Origin: Podarcis bocagei
Taxonomy: Eukaryota
DNA: 64,000 nucleotides
Assembly: GCA_964188305.1 (NCBI GenBank)
Contig: OZ076896.1
Direction: 5' to 3' (one strand)
Position 1 is the first letter of the stretch. Each line of letters opens with the position of its first letter. Positions 62,893 to 64,000 of the stretch are shown here, one piece after another. Under the pieces are notes generated by a model that was not told where the DNA came from, did no database searches, and saw only the letters and a program-made list of their open reading frames with translations. The position numbers and the translations under genes are program-made.

Positions 62893-62996
62893 CTGCTGCT
62901 GATGTGGAGGGCTGTGTTGAATTTTCACTTTCATCATCAGTGCTTCCGTCATAATCTTCTGTTTCAACTTTACTTTCGGATGTAGACATGGTGTCC
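62893..62996 (-). CDS. XRCC4: XRCC4 internal coding exon (equivalent to human exon 6)
   Basis: Acceptor ttgtgtttttacag and donor G|gtgagg. The 104-bp exon encodes DTMSTSESKVETEDYDGSTDDESENSTQPSTSAA, which matches human XRCC4 YDESTDEESEN (CK2 site, T233 region). It ends in phase 1, compatible with the next exon. Confidence 0.95.
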
Positions 62997-64000
62997 CTGT
63001 AAAAACACAAAGGCATTTCCTTCTCATGCCTTTAAAATACATTTTAAACCAATAGATATGACATCATCATCTGCATATGCAGCACAGTTGAACAGGTATT
63101 TGAATTGTATTAATTGGATAAGGGATCCAAATAGAGACCATTATTTGTGGTGTGACACCCCTTTTGCATTGATTCAGATTTGTCATGGCCAATGTCTGAT
63201 GCAATAAAGATATCTGGATTGGATTGGATAATGAAAGTTTTAGACAAATCTGACCAAACTCAGGTGCCCTAACTATTTTTCTTTGAAAAAAATAATTATT
63301 GTGATTCCTAAGTTTAGATAACATTTATGGTGGTTACATTTTTTTTTAATTATGTTCCTTTCCAAATGTATAATAAGTGAAGTGTGGTGAAGATTTCACA
63401 AAAGTCCTTTAAGTTGGCAGTTTCCAACATTTTCATAATTGGGACTGACCTTAGTCCTAACCTCCAACGAAACCCATTTCCTCCCCGTATATACGTTTTT
63501 AGTCATTCTCTGCTGTCTTTCTCATTCTCTCGTTTCCTTTTCTCCTTTTCCTAACTCTCCTCACTTTCTCTCTGTGTTTCTCTGTTAAAAAAACAAATCC
63601 TTAAAAGATGGTGCTGCTGCTGGTGTGACCAACTTTAGGTCAGGGCACAACCCAGCTGTGGGTCCTGACCCAGCCACTGAAGGTCAGTGTTTCTATCATC
63701 CGTCTAAAGGCCACTTCACATACAGTAGTTATAGCAGATTCTCATTTAAAAGTTTAGTACGTAATGTGTGATGTTGCTAAAACAAAGAGAAAAACAAGGA
63801 CAGAAAGGAAAGGTAAAATGAATTCTAAGACTGGTTGACCTGATCCACACCTCCTCGATTAATTCTGGGAATTTCAATATGAACCTATTTGATCTTCACC
63901 ATCCACATTAAATCACAGATTGGAAACTAAGCTTTCAGATTTTGCTCTCCTCTAAATTTTTCAGTGAATTTCTCCGTTCAAAAAAGTACCATCAAATGCA

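Noticed and set aside
62570-63016. 148-aa ORF as a stand-alone gene
   Set aside because: It is the 104-bp XRCC4 exon read through into intron and MITE-like sequence.
1-64000. Remaining 60-130 aa ORFs in the supplied track
   Set aside because: Their lengths are as expected by chance, many begin at non-ATG codons or lie in repeats and microsatellites, and none shows a recognisable host protein domain.

Overview
Vertebrate genomic DNA from a squamate reptile; the repeat content (Sauria/Squam1 SINEs, Squam3-like SINEs, Bov-B) suggests a lacertid-type lizard. The only protein-coding gene I can support is the 3' part of XRCC4 on the minus strand. It has three phase-compatible GT-AG exons (62893-62996, 51889-52033, 9855-9963) encoding the YDGSTDDE FHA-binding motif, DIID-VAPSRKRRQR (caspase site and NLS) and the C-terminal PEDLFDDI*. 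The introns are about 11 kb and 42 kb. Positions 1-9700 are intergenic; by human synteny VCAN should lie beyond the left edge, but no VCAN exon is visible. The rest is a mosaic of transposable elements: Bov-B, other RTE, L2, CR1, L1/Tx1 and DIRS1 fragments, several SINE families, Tc1/pogo and hAT MITEs, and microsatellites. The most notable items are a young 1088-bp solo LTR nested in a Bov-B copy, Penelope-type minimal hammerhead ribozyme insertions, fold-back hairpins, an AP-1/MARE site cluster and several template-switch-like micro-duplications. I found no convincing wholly new multi-gene system. Repeat family names come from my recall of consensus sequences, not from a database search, and boundaries of old repeats are approximate.
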